Below are positions 38,030 to 64,000 of a stretch of 64,000 nt of DNA, in pieces (position 1 is the first letter of the stretch; each line of letters begins with the position of its first letter). Origin of the DNA: Scenedesmus sp. PABB004. Lineage: Eukaryota. The translations under genes and the position numbers were made by a program. The notes under the pieces were generated by a model. It was given only the letters and a program-made list of their open reading frames with translations. It was not told the origin of the DNA and did not search any database. The DNA is taken from assembly GCA_014905635.1 (NCBI GenBank), contig JABVCE010000015.1, positions 558,001 through 622,000 on the forward strand, in the 5' to 3' direction.

Positions 38030-38616
38030 ATGGCGCGCGTCGTGCCGCTGCTGCTGCTGGCGGTGCTCGGTGCGCGCGCGCATGCCGCTCGCGCCTTTTC
38101 GCGGCGCGCGGCTGGCGGGCCCGCGGAGGCTGGCGACGCAGCTTTTCTTGTGACGATGACAACGACGCGCCTGCTGGCGGACCGCCCCCGCCGCCGCCGC
38201 AGTCGGCGCGGCCGCGCCGCTTGCCGCCGCTGGCCGCGCGCTGTCGCAGACGCTCTCCGGCCACGGCAACTCGCTGGTGGCCCTGCTGGCAGTGGCTGGC
38301 ACGGCGGACGAGATCGCGCGCGTGGCCGCCGTGGGCGCGCCGCTGATGCCGACAGTTGCCGCAACGACCGCTGGCGGTGCGCGGCCGGCGGCCCCAGCGC
38401 GGCGCCGCGGCGCGGCTGCAGCTGCCGCCCGCGCCGCCGACGGCCGCTGAGTGCGCCGCGCCGCGCCCACCGTGCCTCCTGCCCCTCACCGTATGCTGCG
38501 CAGGAGCGCTCGCGCGCTCGGCCAGCGACCGCTCGCTCGCCCCGCGCATTTTCGACGTCACGCCCGGCAAGAAGGCGGCCGAAAAGGCGCCGGCGGCGCA
38601 CCTGCGCCGACCGTGA
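38030..38616 (+). CDS. Possible small secreted protein; exon structure uncertain
   Basis: ATG followed by signal-peptide-like MARVVPLLLLAVL; possible last exon SLAPRIFDVTPGKKAAEKAPAAHLRRP*. Confidence 0.3.
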
Positions 38617-38631
38617 GGCGGTCGCGGCGCG

Positions 38632-38831
38632 CGTGGCGGGCGAGCGGGGCGGCGCGTGACGGGGGCGACGGGGCAGTGTGTGCGCGCGTGTGCCGGGCGG
38701 GCTGGTCGTTGACCGAGGCGGGCCTGAGTCTTGAGCCGGGCGGCGCTGTGTTGAGTTGGCCGTTGAGTGCGGGCGTCAGTCCAGGCAAGCGACACGCCTC
38801 GCTCCGAGCCGTGCCCGCCTCAGCGCCGCCC
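38632..38831 (+). repeat. ~200-bp direct repeat, copy 1
   Basis: Aligns by eye at about 90% identity to 41822-42020. Confidence 0.95.
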
Positions 38832-39310
38832 TGCGCGAGGCGCACGCCGCCGTGCTGTGCTGCTGTCCGCGCGCGCGCCGCCGAACCGCGCCGCGGTCCA
38901 GGCGTCATCGATTCACCTGCCCCTTGCCCTCGCACCGGTGGCCCCGCCACATCCCTGCCCCCCGGCGCTCTGCGCGCGCTCTCCCACACCCGCGCCGCGC
39001 GCGCCGCCAGCAACGCGCTGTTCTCTCGCCCCGTGCACGCTCCCAGCCCTCTCGCCGCGCGCACCTGCGCTGGGCCAATCGCGACGGCTCGCTTCAGCCT
39101 GGCGTGAGCAGCCGGCGAGCGCCAGGGCGGCCCACGCGGCCGCGCGGCGCCGCCGCTGCTCGCGGGCGTGCGGCCGCCCTGCGCCGCGCCGCGCTCGCCA
39201 GCGATTGCCTCGTTGCTGGATCTCGGCAGCGTGACGCCCGGCCGCCCTGACGGCAGCGGCGGCGGCAGCGACAGCCGCGACAGCACGGCGCAGCAGCGCC
39301 AGCGCGCGCC

Positions 39311-41849
39311 ATGCAGCGCCCTGCTGCAGCCGAGCGCCGCCGCGCCGCGGCGGCCGCGGACGCGCTGCGCCAGCTGGCGGCAGCGCCGGACCTTGCGGCG
39401 GTGGCGCGCCACGCAGCCGTGGTGGAGGACCACGGCACGAGCAGCCCGGCGCTGGCGCTGCTGCTTCAGCCCGCGGCGGCGCGCGTGCTGCAGCTGCTGG
39501 CGGCCGGCGGCGCCCTCGGCCAGCAACCAAGTGCCGTGCACCTTGCGGCGGTGCTGATGCAGGGAGTGCTGCAGCAGCGCCCCTCAAATAGCGACGCCGA
39601 GGCGTGGGCGCAGCAGGTGGAGGCGGGTGCGTCGCTTGAGGGCGCTGGGCGGCGGCGGTGGCGAGGCGCGGCGGCCCGGCCACCCATCGCCTGCACCCAC
39701 GCCCACGCCTGGCTGCCGCCCCGTCTCGCAGACCTGCTGCCACACCTCGCCAGCGCGGCCGAGGCGCTGGCGACAGAGCTGGAAGCTGGGCTTGCGGCGC
39801 GGCCGCGTGTCGCCCTGCACCCCGGCGCCGCCATCGGCGTGTGGGGCTTGATTGGTGCGGCACCCGCTTTCATGGCCGCAGTGCTGGAGATGCACCCGCA
39901 GGTGCTCTGCGCGCTGGTGCGGGCGCTGCCGGGGCTGGCGCGGCTCTCGCGCGCGGCGGCGCTCGCTGCGCCAGCTGCTGCCAGGCGGCTCAGCCTCATC
40001 ACCCTTCTTAATGTGTTGGCATTCTATTCTTTGTCAAACGAGGCGGGCCGTGCAGAGTTGCTGCGCGCCGTGCAGGATGAGCACGTGCAGTGGTTTGTGT
40101 TGTACGAGCTGGCAGCGACGGCGGCGGGGCTCGCGGCCCTGCAGCCAGCTGGCCGCGGCACGCCTGCGCACGCGGCGCTGCTTGCGGCGCTGGGGATGGA
40201 CCTCGGCGCGGGGCAGCACAGTGCAGAGGTGCAGAACTCTGACTCTGAGCACAGGCGGCTGCTGTCTCGCGCACGGGAGGCCTGCGAGGCCGCTGCTGTG
40301 GTGCTGGACGGCGTCCAACCGCCGGGCACCGGCAACCCGCTCACAGCCCAGCTGCTGGCGTGGGTCGCCGCGGCGGTGCCGGCGCTGCTTGAGTGCTGCC
40401 AGCGCGGCGAGGGAGCTTCAGAGCTTTGCAACCCGTTTCAGGCTCTCGCGGCCTGCCTGCGAGTGCTGATCAAGTCTCCTGGGCCGGGCGCGGGCGCGGC
40501 GGCCGCGTTTGCGGCGGCGCACGCGGAGCTGGCCGGCCTGCTAGCGACCGTGCTGCGCGCGCTGAGCTCGTCGGACCCTCCACGCGAGGCGCGCGCCTCG
40601 GACCGGCAGCGCCTGTGCGACGAGTGTGCTGATGTGCTGAAGTGGGTCATCGCCTACGGTAGGTCCTGCCCAGGCCTGTCTGCGCGTCCGCCACCGCCGT
40701 GCGGCGCGCGCGCTGACCCGGGCTGCCGCTCCTGCCGCTGCTGCCGCTGCTGCCGCCGCCACTGCCCTCCGCAGGCGGGCCAGAGTGTGTGCGCAGCTCT
40801 CTGGCGCAGCCAGGCTCTGGCTTCGTCGCGGGCGTCGAGGTGGTGCTGCGGGGCAGCAGCAACGCCCCAGCGGTCGGACCCACGATCGCTAGCTGGCTCG
40901 CAACCCTCTGCGCCTCTGGGCCGCCACCGGCCCCGGCGCCGACGCGTGCGCTCGCGGCGCTGCTGACGACCTCGCTCAAGCTGGCAGGCACAGCGGAACC
41001 CCAGGTGCTGGGAGTGCAGTGGAACTGCGTGACGATCCCTGCCGTCTGCGCGGCTGCAGGCCGTCGCCTGCTGCCGGTTGGGCCGCAGCCGGGGCACAGC
41101 GGCAGCGGCGGTGACAGCGGCGGCAGCTACGACGACCGGGCGCCCTGGCTGGTGCTGGCGGCGCGCGGCTTGGCGCTGGCGGCGCGGCTGCTTTCCGAGC
41201 CTGTGCTCCCCGCGGCTGGTGGCGACTCCCCTGCTGATGAAGACGTGCACGCAACCATGCTGTGGCGCCCCCTGCTTGAGAGCGTGGCGTGGCTCGAGCC
41301 CGCGCTGTCCAGCCTGGCCGGCGCAGCAGCTGGGGGCGGCGCGCAGGGCGCCAGCAGCAGCGCCGGAAGCGCCTGCCTGGGCGCGCGCCTGCTGCCGCCC
41401 GCGGTGCTGCAGCCGCTGCTGGAGCAGCTGGCAGCGGCGCGCCAGGCCCTGGAGGCGGCGCAGCCGGCCCTGGAGCGCGCCAGCGCGGCCGCTGCCGGCA
41501 GCGTTGAGGCGGAGCTGCGCGCGCTGCGCGCTGCCATGCGCCCCGAGCTGGCAGCGCAGCTGGCCGCGCTGGGCGAGGCGGTGTGCGGCGCGCTGCCGCT
41601 GCGCAGCGCGTGCTCCAACCCCGCCTGTGCCAACCTGGCGGGCCTGAGCGAGGTGGCGCTGGTGAGCGGCAAGGGCTGCGTGTGCGCGGGCTGCCGCATG
41701 GCGCGCGTGTGCGGGCCCGCCTGCCAGGCCGCGTACTGGCGGGGCGGGCACAAGGCCGTGTCGTGTGCAAGCGGCTGCGCCAGGCCGAGGCGGCGGTCAT
41801 GGCCGCAGCGGCGGAGGTGCACGTGGCGGGCGAGCGGGGTGGCGCGTGA
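39311..41849 (+). CDS. MYND zinc-finger protein (chlorophyte expanded type), possibly frameshifted at the C-terminus
   Basis: ACSNPACANLAGLSEVALV..CAGCRMARVCGPACQAAYWRGGHKAV(C); introns 39627-39731 and 40659-40774; 5-bp duplication at 41757-41766. Confidence 0.8.
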
Positions 41850-42008
41850 CGGGGGCGGCGGGGCAGTGTGTGCGCGTGCGTGCCGGGCGGGCTGGTCGGT
41901 CACCGAGGCGGGCCTGAGGTCCTGAGCCGGGCGGTGGTGTTGAGTTGGCTGTTGAGTGAGGGCGTCAGTCCAGGCAAGCAACACGCCTCACTCCGAGCCG
42001 TGCCCGCC

Positions 42009-42020
<12 letters not shown>
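41822..42020 (+). repeat. ~200-bp direct repeat, copy 2
   Basis: Partner of 38632-38831; spans the MYND stop and the predicted THO2 stop. Confidence 0.95.
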
Positions 42021-56115
<14,095 letters not shown>

Positions 56116-56857
56116 GGCCTGCCGCGCCGGCGCGCCGCCGGCGCTGCTGATCAACCCCTCGCCGCGCGGGGGCGCTGCCTTCCGCCGCTGCAGCGTCGGC
56201 CGATCAGACGGCCATGGCTGAGGCGCGTCCGGTTGGCGTCCGCGCGGTGGCGCCGCGGTCGCGGGTGTGGCGGGTGGGTGCCGAGCTGCTGCTGCTGCTG
56301 CTGCTGCGGCTGCTGCGGCTGCTGCTGCTCAGCTCTGCCCAGCCGGCAGTGATCACGCGTGCGTCGGTCCGCGCGCAGCGGTGGTCGGCGAGCGGCCGCA
56401 CAAAGGAATTAACAGCCCTGCGCCCGCCAGCTTGCTGCGCCCCTGGCGGCCCCGCCCACTCGCCGACACGCACCCGTCCCGCCGTCCCGCTCCCGCAGCG
56501 GCCCGCCCGATCGGTTAGGCACCGCAGCGCCTGCGTGTCCCATCTCGCGGCAGCTGCTGCCGGCCCGCACCGCCCACGCCGCCGCGCCGGCGCCCGCGCC
56601 CCTGCCGTGCCGTCCGCCGCCGAGCGAGAGGTCTGGCCGATCCAGCAGCGACGCCGCCGTCCCACGAGCCGGCGGCGCGCGAGCGGCAACTGACCGCGCG
56701 CCGCCGCGTGCGCCGGCGCCGGCGCCGATGGCCCGCGCCGGCCGGCCCTAGCCCGCCGGCGGACGGCGGCCGCCGCAGACGCCGGGCCCGCGGCGGATCG
56801 GGCGGAGAGTGACCGCGGCCGCGGCGGAGCGCAGCTGCCGGGCCGCGCACGGGCGCG

Positions 56858-59800
56858 ATGGGCGGCGGCGGCGGCGGCGCCGCCGCGCGCCGGGGCGCGT
56901 GCGCATCAAGGGCCGCAAGCTCAGCGTCATCCGCTTCCTCGCCATCTCGGTGCGCGGCCCCCAGGGGCGGCGGCGCAACGGGGAGCAGCGCGGCGCCGCA
57001 GCGCCACCGCGCCCCCGCGCGACGCCCCCCCCCCTCCCCGGCAGCTGGGCGGCTCGCGGCGCACGTCCTGCGAGCGCGCGCGCGCGCGCTCCGCCCTCAC
57101 GCCCCGCCCCGCCCCGCGCGCCGCCGCTCCGCGCTCACGCGCTCACGCGCGCGCGCGCCGCTCGCCGCCCGCCCCGCGCAGGTGGCCTACACCACGCCCT
57201 GGATCGTCATGCTCTCCCAGCTCGCCTACTACTCAAAGGTCTTCGGCCCCCAGGCGCGCCCCCTGGCCTGGGCCGCAGCGCGCGCAGCGCGCACGCGCGC
57301 GCGCCTTCAGGCCGCGCCGCGCCTGCTCCTCGCCACGCCGGTTTCGGGCGCCGACGCCCGCAACCCTGAACCGCCCGTAACCGCCCTGCTGACCAACCCC
57401 TCCGCCCCGCCTCAACCCCTCCGCCCGCAGGTGCTGCTGCAGCTGAACATCGCGTACTACCTGCCCAGCATCCCCATCCTGCTCGCCGTGGGGCGCCTCG
57501 AGCGCGTGCTCGACGCGGAGCTCGGCCCCACCGCGAGCATGGCGCTGCGCCTCAGCGCGGGTGCGCCCTGGAGAGCGCGGCGGCCGCGGCGGTCGGCGCG
57601 GCGCCGCGCAGCGCGGCGCGCACGCTCACAAACTCTCGCACGCTCGCACGCGCCCACGCCCACGCTCCTCCGCCGCCCTCGCGCTCCGCCGCCGCCCGCG
57701 CGCCCACGCGCCCGCGCCGCCGCGCCGCGCCCGCGCCGCCGCGCCCGCGCCCGCGCCCGCGCGCCAGGCCTCGCGGGGTGCTGCGCGCTCGCCGCTGCCT
57801 ACCCGTTCACGCCGATGCGCCTCGGGTCGCTGCTGGGCGTGGTGGTGGGCCTCGGCTCCATCTCGGCGGTCGCGTTCTCCACCAGCTACCAGCTGGTCGC
57901 CTGGTTCAGGCGCGGCGGCGCGCGCGCACGCGCTGCTGCGGGGTCGGCGCGACGGCGAGGGGCGAGGGGCGAGGGGCGAGGGCTGTGGCGCGGCGCCTGC
58001 GCGCGACGGGCGGGCGCGCGGACCTGCGCGCGCCGCCGCCGACACACGCTGTGCGTGCTGCGCCGCCGCGCGCAGGTCCGCCGACACGATCGCGCTCGGC
58101 ATCGGCTGCGTGGCGTCGGGGCCGCTGGCGCTCGTGATACAGATTGCGCTGCAGGTGCGGCGCGAGTGAAGCGCCGCCCCGCGCGCGCCCGCGCCGCGCT
58201 CTCGGCCGCGGCCGGCCGCGCCAGCGTCCTGGGGCGGCCGCCGCGGGCCGCACGCGCTGCCGACGCCCGCGCCCGCGCGGCCGCGCGGCTGCCACGCATA
58301 CAGATCGGCACGACGCCAAAGCGCTGGCAGTGGATCGCGCTGTTCGAGGCCGCCGCGGGCATCGTGCTCCTGGGCCTCGCCGCGGCGTGGAGCCTGTTCG
58401 TGCAGTACTGGCCGGTGCTCTCGGGGCGGCGGGAGTGGGTCGACGCCGCGTCGGCGCCGCTGCTCGACTCGCAGGAGCAGGTGACCTCCCTCGCGCCGCA
58501 CGCCGCACCGCGCGCCCGACCCCTGGCGCCCGCCCGCTCGCCGCGCGCGCGTTGGCGGCGGCGCCGCCGCCGCCGCCGGCCCACGCCGCCCCTCTCGCCG
58601 CCGCCGCGCGCGCGTGCGCCCGCAGGACGCCGAGGCGTCGCGCGACGAGGCGGCGGGCCAGACGGCGCTGCTGCTGTCGCGCATGCTCACGCTGCCTGAC
58701 CCCTTCCAGGGCTTTCCCTTTGCCACGACGCCGGGTGCGGCCGCGGCGGGCGCGCCCAGCGTGCGGCCCGGGGCAAGCGCGCGAGCGCCGCGCGCCGACG
58801 CCGCGCCGCCCCCGCCCCCGCCCGCCCCGCACCGCGCCGCGCGCCGCCCGCCGCGCGCGCAGGCGTGCTGCTGCCGCACCTGCGCCCCGCGCTGCGCCGC
58901 GCGGCGAGCGACGACCTGAGCGGCGTCCGGCGGCAGAGCAACCGCGCGTCGCTGATGAACATAACTGTCCAGCCCGGCGCCGGCGGCCCCGCCGGCGGCA
59001 GCGGCGGCAGCAGCAGCGCCGCGCTCGCGGGCACCCCGCCGCCCGCCGGGCGCGGCGGCGGCGCCGCCGCCGCGCTCGGCGACCGCGGCTGCGCGACCGC
59101 GCCGCACGCGCGCGCGGCGGCGGGTGCGCTGCTCGCGCGCGGCGGCAGCCCGCCGCCGCGCCTGCCGGGCGGCGCCGCCGGGAGCAGCGGCGCGGGCAGC
59201 GGGTCGTACCTGAGCTACAGCGCCGGCCAGCAGCAGCAGGGCGGGCAGGGGCTGGCGGTCAACCCCGCCGCCGCGTGGCTCGCCAGCATCGACGCGGCGG
59301 CGGCCGCGGCGCAGCAGCAGCTCGGCGGCGCGAGCGTGGGCTTTGCCGCCGGCGGCGGCGGCGCCGGCATGGTGCACAGCGTCAGCGCGGCGAGCCTCGC
59401 GAGCCTGCACGGCAGCGGCAGCCGGCCGACCAGCCCCGCGCCGGTGCCGCCGCTGATCGGGACCCTGCACGACTGCCTCGCGGTCAGCGGGCTGCGCGCG
59501 GGCAGCGCGCCCGCGACGCCCTCGCTGCTCGGCGGCAGCAGCGGCGGGGCGAGCGACGAGGGCGCCTCGCCGCGCACGCTCGGCTCGCCGCACGGGCTGC
59601 CGCCGGCCGCCGCGCTCGGCTCGCCGCGGTGGCGGCTGGCGCAGCTGCCCGGCAGCCCCACCAAGCTGCAGCAGCAGCAGCACGCGGCTGGGGCGGCCGC
59701 CAAGCCGCCGCTGCCGGCGGCGGCGCACCAGCAGCAGCAGCAGCAGCAGCAGCCGCCGGAGCTCGCGCAGGCGCCCGCGCCGCCGCCGCCGCGAGAGGGG

Positions 59801-60139
59801 CACGCGCGCACCGGCAGCACGGCGAGCGCGGCGAGCGCGGCCGGGTCGGCCGCGCCGTCGGCCTTCTCCGCCGCCGCCGCGACCGCGGGGGGCAGCGCCG
59901 CCGGCGGCGGCGCCGGGAGCGACGTCGAGTCGGCCAAGCCGCCGCCCGGCGGCGGCGGCGAGGGGCAGCGCCACGGCCCCGCCGCCGGCCCCTCGTACGC
60001 CGCGGTCTTTGCCTGTGAGCTGCGCCACGCCGCGCTGCGTGCTGTGCTGTGTCGCGCCGCGCTGCGTGCTGCGCCGCGCGCCTGCAGGCCGCCCCGGCTC
60101 CGGGGCCCGTGCCCGCGCCCGCCCGTCCATCCCCCCCCC

Positions 60140-60225
<86 letters not shown>

Positions 60226-61939
60226 CGCCGCCGCGTCGCCGCCCGCCCGCCCGCCCCCAGACACGTGGCAGGTCGTGGTCGCGACGCTGGTGGCGAGCAC
60301 GCTGCTCAACGCGGTGTTCCCCTTTTTCACGTACGTCGAGTCGAGCGGCCTGCTGGGAGAGTTCCTGCCGCAGGTGACCGCGCTGCGGCTGCGGGGGGCG
60401 GGGCGGGGCGGGGCGGGGAGCGCTGGTGATCCGGGGTGGTGGGGGCTTTGAGCCCCCTCCGATGCAGGGCGTTGGGGGCGGGCAGGCCGGCGGGGGTGGG
60501 GCGCCGCCGCCGCCTCCCGCTGGCCCGGAGCGCGCTGTTGCACGCGCATCATCAATTAATCCCCCCCCTTCCCCCCCCCCCAAAGGTCCTCTTCTACACC
60601 CGCATGCTCGCCGACATCGCCGGCCGCCTGCTGCCGCGGCGCAAGGCGCTCGCGCTCAGCTCGCCCGGCGCGCTGCTGGGCCTGGCCGGCCTGCTGCTGT
60701 GCGGCGGCGCGGCGTTCTTCGCCTACCTCCAGGTGCGCCGCGTGCGTTGCCGGTTTGCCAGCGTTTAGCCAGAGTTTAGCCAGCGTTTCGCCAGCCAGAG
60801 TTTAGCCAGAGTTTCGCCAGAGTTTCGCCAGCCAGCGTTTCGCCAGCCAGAGTTTCGCCAGAGTTTCGCCAGAGTTTCGCCAGCCAGAGTTTAGCCAGAG
60901 TTTAGCCAGAGTTTAGCCAGAGTTTAGCCAGAGTTTAGCCAGCCAGAGTTTAGCCAGAGTTTAGCCAGAGTTTAGCCAGAGTTTAGCCAGAGTTTAGCCA
61001 GCCAGAGTTTAGCCAGAGTTTAGCCAGAGTTTAGCCAGAGTTTAGCCAGAGTTTCGCCAGCCAGAGTTTCGCCAGGGTTTCGCCAGAGTTCGCCAGCCAG
61101 AGTTTAGCCAGAGTTTCGCCAGAGTTTAGCCAGAGTTTCGCCAGCCAGAGTTTTGCCAGAGTTTCGCCAGCCAGAGTTTAGCCAGAGTTTAGCCAGAGTT
61201 TAGCCAGAGTTTAGCCAGAGTTTCGCCAGCCAGAGTTTCGCCAGAGTTTCGCCAGAGTTTCGCCGACGCCGCCGCCGCCGCCGCCGCGCGCAGGTGCCGC
61301 CGCGGCTGCAGTCTGACCCCTACGCCCTCGCGCTGGTGCTGCTGCTCTGGCTCCTCGGCGGCTACATCAAGTGCGCGCGGCGCGGGGGTTTAGCGCACGC
61401 GGGGATTGGGGGGAGGGGCGAGGCTCGCGCGCGCGCACGCGCGAGGGCTCGCTCGCCCGCGGGCGGCCGCGGAGCAGCGGCCCGCGCGCGCGCCGGCGGC
61501 GGCGCGCCCCGCCCCCGCGCCCCCGCCCCTAAACCCTCGCGCCTCGTGGCCGGCCCTGAACCCCGCCCCGCCCCGCAGCACGCTGGCCTACATCATCGCC
61601 CCGGGCCTCGTCCCGCCGGCCGCCGTGCCCGCGGCGTCGGCGCTCATGGCCTTCACGCACCAGGTGGGTGTGGCTGGGCGGCTGGGCGGGCTGGGCGGCT
61701 GGGCGGCTGGGCGGGAGGGTGGGCGGGTGGGCGGGTGAGAGGGGTGCGTGGGTGGGCGGGTGGGTGCGTGGGTGGGCGGGACACGCATGCGCGCGCGTGC
61801 AACCCCAGCGTGGGGTTGCGCCCACCACCCCCCCCCCGCCCGCCGCCCACGCGCCGCGCAGGTCGCGCACATCCTGGGCCTCGCCGCCGCGACGGGCCTC
61901 GCGCTCGCCCTCTACGGCGACATCTCAGGCTCCCTCTGA
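56858..61939 (+). CDS. Equilibrative nucleoside transporter-like membrane protein with a large low-complexity central loop
   Basis: VAYTTPWIVMLSQLAYYSKVFGPQVLLQLNIAYYLPSIP, FSTSYQLVAWF..ALGIGCVASG, VFPFFTYV, LFYTRMLADIAGRLLP, LLGGYINTLAYIIAP; about 11 hydrophobic segments. Confidence 0.75.
60141..60222 (+). repeat. (AC)n microsatellite in an ENT intron
   Basis: About 40 AC units. Confidence 0.95.
60757..61264 (+). repeat. 11/15-bp minisatellite (GCCAGAGTTTA / GCCAGAGTTTC, with or without an extra GCCA) in ENT intron 60733-61293
   Basis: About 500 bp of contiguous tandem units with no unique spacers. Confidence 0.95.
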
Positions 61940-63457
61940 GGCGTCGGCGACGCCCCAGGTAGCCTCGACGGTGGCACCCCCAGCCTCTAGGGGCTACGGA
62001 GGCGTCTCCGGCAGCCTGTGAGGCACCTCGCCGCAGCCTCTGCGACACACAGCCTGCTGGAGAGGACGCCTCTAGGGCAGCCTCCAGGGCAGCGGCTTGT
62101 GTGTGGGGGGAGGGGGGAGGGGGGCACGGCGGGTGCATTGGGGCGCGCGAGAGCCGCACTGCGCACACGCACTGCACTGGCAGCGGCGGCGGCGGCGGCG
62201 GTGAGCTGCTGGTGCGTGAGCGCGCGTTGGCGTTGCTGCTGCTGCTCTGGCGGGGGCGGCCACATTGTTTGAGGGTTTAGGACTCTAGCGCCGGACAGGG
62301 GAGGTAATGCGCAGGCCTGGCTGGCTCAACACTTGGCGAGCGCGCGATCGCCGGTTACACCCGAACCAGCCCCAAGGAGAGCCCCCCCCCCCTGCTGCTG
62401 CTGCTGTGCGTCAAATGGCAAAAGCGCCGGCAGCGATGCCGCCGCCAGCGCAGCACACACGGCGCAGCGCCCCCAGGAGCCCCGCGCGGCGGCGCGGCGC
62501 CGCGGCCGGCGCGGCGCCCGCGTCCCGCGGCCCGCGCGTGCCGCCGCACCCCCGGCGAAAATCGAGCCCGCACTCTCGCAGCGCGGGCGGCCGGGGGGCG
62601 GCGGGCGGCGCGGGCGCGGGGCGGGCGCCGCGGGCGGCGCGGGCGCCTGCGCCTGCGCGCGGGGGCCTGCTGCGGCGGCGGCCGCCGCCCAGGCGGGGGC
62701 TCGTGCTGCACGCACATGCACGCCGATTGAGTGTACAAGGGAGGAGGAGGGATGGGGGGCGCGCCGTCGGCCGCGCCCCCGCGCGGCCAAGCGCCGCCCC
62801 CCGCCCGGCTGCCGCGGCGCCGCGGCGCCGCGGCGCGGCGGCGGCGGGGCCCGCCGCACGTGCGCGCCGGCCGGGCGCCGCAGCAGCGTCAGCCCGCGTC
62901 AAACAAACGCCCACAATCAATCGCCCGCCGTGCAGCAAAAAGGCCCCCCCCCCTGCCCCGCCCGCCCGCCTGGGTCGCGGTCCGCCCCCGCACCGCACCG
63001 CGCCACGCCGCAACTGCGGCGCGCCGGCAGCGGCGGTGCGCGGGGCGCTCGGACCAGACCGGCCTGGATCCACCCGGACGTGCGGTCGTCCATCCATCGC
63101 CGTCACCGCCTAGGGAGTGTGTTGGTCAACTAAGTGAGTCTGCGTTCAACGCTGCTGCTGGCTGCAAACCCAACGCACACGCCCGCGCACGACACGCACG
63201 CCCCGCCCCGCCCCGGCCAGCCCCTGCCCCGCCCCGCCCCGACCGCCCTCCCACGCGTCGTCCCGCTCGCCGGCGGCGATCACGCGCGCCCGCGAGGGCG
63301 CCCCGCCGCCGCTTTCATTGCGCGCCGCCGCCGCCGCCATAGCCGCCGCCGCCCCGCGTGGCGCGCCCCGTCCGCACGCGCATCGCGCCGGGCCCCCTGA
63401 AGGGCACAAGTGCACAAGGGCGCGGGGGCCGCTGCTTGGAGGTGAGAGAGCCCCGCC

Positions 63458-64000
63458 TCACTTGGAGATGAGCAGATCGATGGCGTCCCGCAGCTTGCGC
63501 CCCAGGCTGGCGCTGCGTCGCGCCGCGGCGGCGGCCGCCGCGGCGCTCGCGGCGGCGCCGGGCGCGCCGCCGCCGGGCAGCGGCGACCCCGCGCCGGACG
63601 GCGGGCCGGAGCCCGAGCGCCAGCTCCCGCTGCTGCTGCTCGCCTCGGAGCCGGCGTCGGAGGAGGCGCGGCGCGGGGGCGGCCCGCGCGCCGCGTGGCC
63701 GCCGCCGCCGGGCGCGGCGGGCGCCGGCAGCGGCGCGTCGTCCTCCGGCTCGGCCGTGCTGCTGCTGGCGGCGCTCGCGGCGCTGTCGCGGCGCGGGACC
63801 GGCCGCCGCGGCGCGTCCTGGTCGCGCGGCGGCGCGGCGTCGCCGCCGCGGCGGCCGCCGCTGCCGCGCCGGCTGGCCGCGCTCACCGCGTCGCCGCCGG
63901 GCGCCGGCTGCGCGGGGCAGTGCTCCGCGAGCCCGCCGCGCCCGGCGGCGCCGGCGCCGCCACGCGCGGGCTCGCCGCCCGCGGCCTCGTCGCCGCCGCC
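63458..64000 (-). CDS. 3' end of a gene running off the window (Ser/Gly/Ala-rich C-terminus)
   Basis: Open frame from 64000 to the stop at 63458, ending RRSASLGRKLRDAIDLLISK*; TGTAA on the minus strand at 62355-62359. Confidence 0.5.
   Translation of the reverse strand, partial: GGGDEAAGGEPARGGAGAAGRGGLAEHCPAQPAPGGDAVSAASRRGSGGRRGGDAAPPRDQDAPRRPVPRRDSAASAASSSTAEPEDDAPLPAPAAPGGGGHAARGPPPRRASSDAGSEASSSSGSWRSGSGPPSGAGSPLPGGGAPGAAASAAAAAAAARRSASLGRKLRDAIDLLISK

Noticed and set aside
57626..60583. 985-aa minus-strand ORF
   Set aside because: Antisense to the ENT-like gene and reads through a (TG)n microsatellite
60757..61264. CRISPR array
   Set aside because: Contiguous 11/15-bp units with no unique spacers, no cas genes, and located in a eukaryotic intron
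62300..63420. Several overlapping ORFs
   Set aside because: No protein-like signal; more likely 3' UTR or intergenic sequence

Overview
Very GC-rich, intron-dense eukaryotic nuclear DNA. The protein matches, the 5S rRNA sequence and TTTAGGG-type motifs point to a chlorophyte green alga (Sphaeropleales/Selenastraceae-like; this is an inference). Most long ORFs in the supplied track are GC artefacts, so I stitched genes by hand from GT/GC-AG junctions. About 15 recognisable multi-exon genes are present: SDR, OM47-like beta-barrel, LURP-one, NAA35/MAK10, cis-prenyltransferase, DNL zinc finger, pTAC5-like, DUF455, UVR coiled-coil protein, DGAT2 (DGTT2-like), LSF1-like PDZ-DSP-CBM48, ABM monooxygenase, MYND finger, THO2 and an ENT-like transporter. 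Main observations: (1) two complete 5S rRNA transcription units sit sense-oriented inside two separate introns of THO2; (2) GC-AG introns with an AG|GCGCG donor are unusually common (about 24 found); (3) an LSF1-architecture starch protein occurs in an apparent chlorophyte; (4) the MYND gene lies between ~200-bp direct repeats and has a 5-bp duplication frameshift; (5) telomere-like and A/C-rich inserts cluster in THO2 introns. Family assignments come from recalled motifs, not database searches. Several apparent frameshifts in GC runs probably reflect assembly error.
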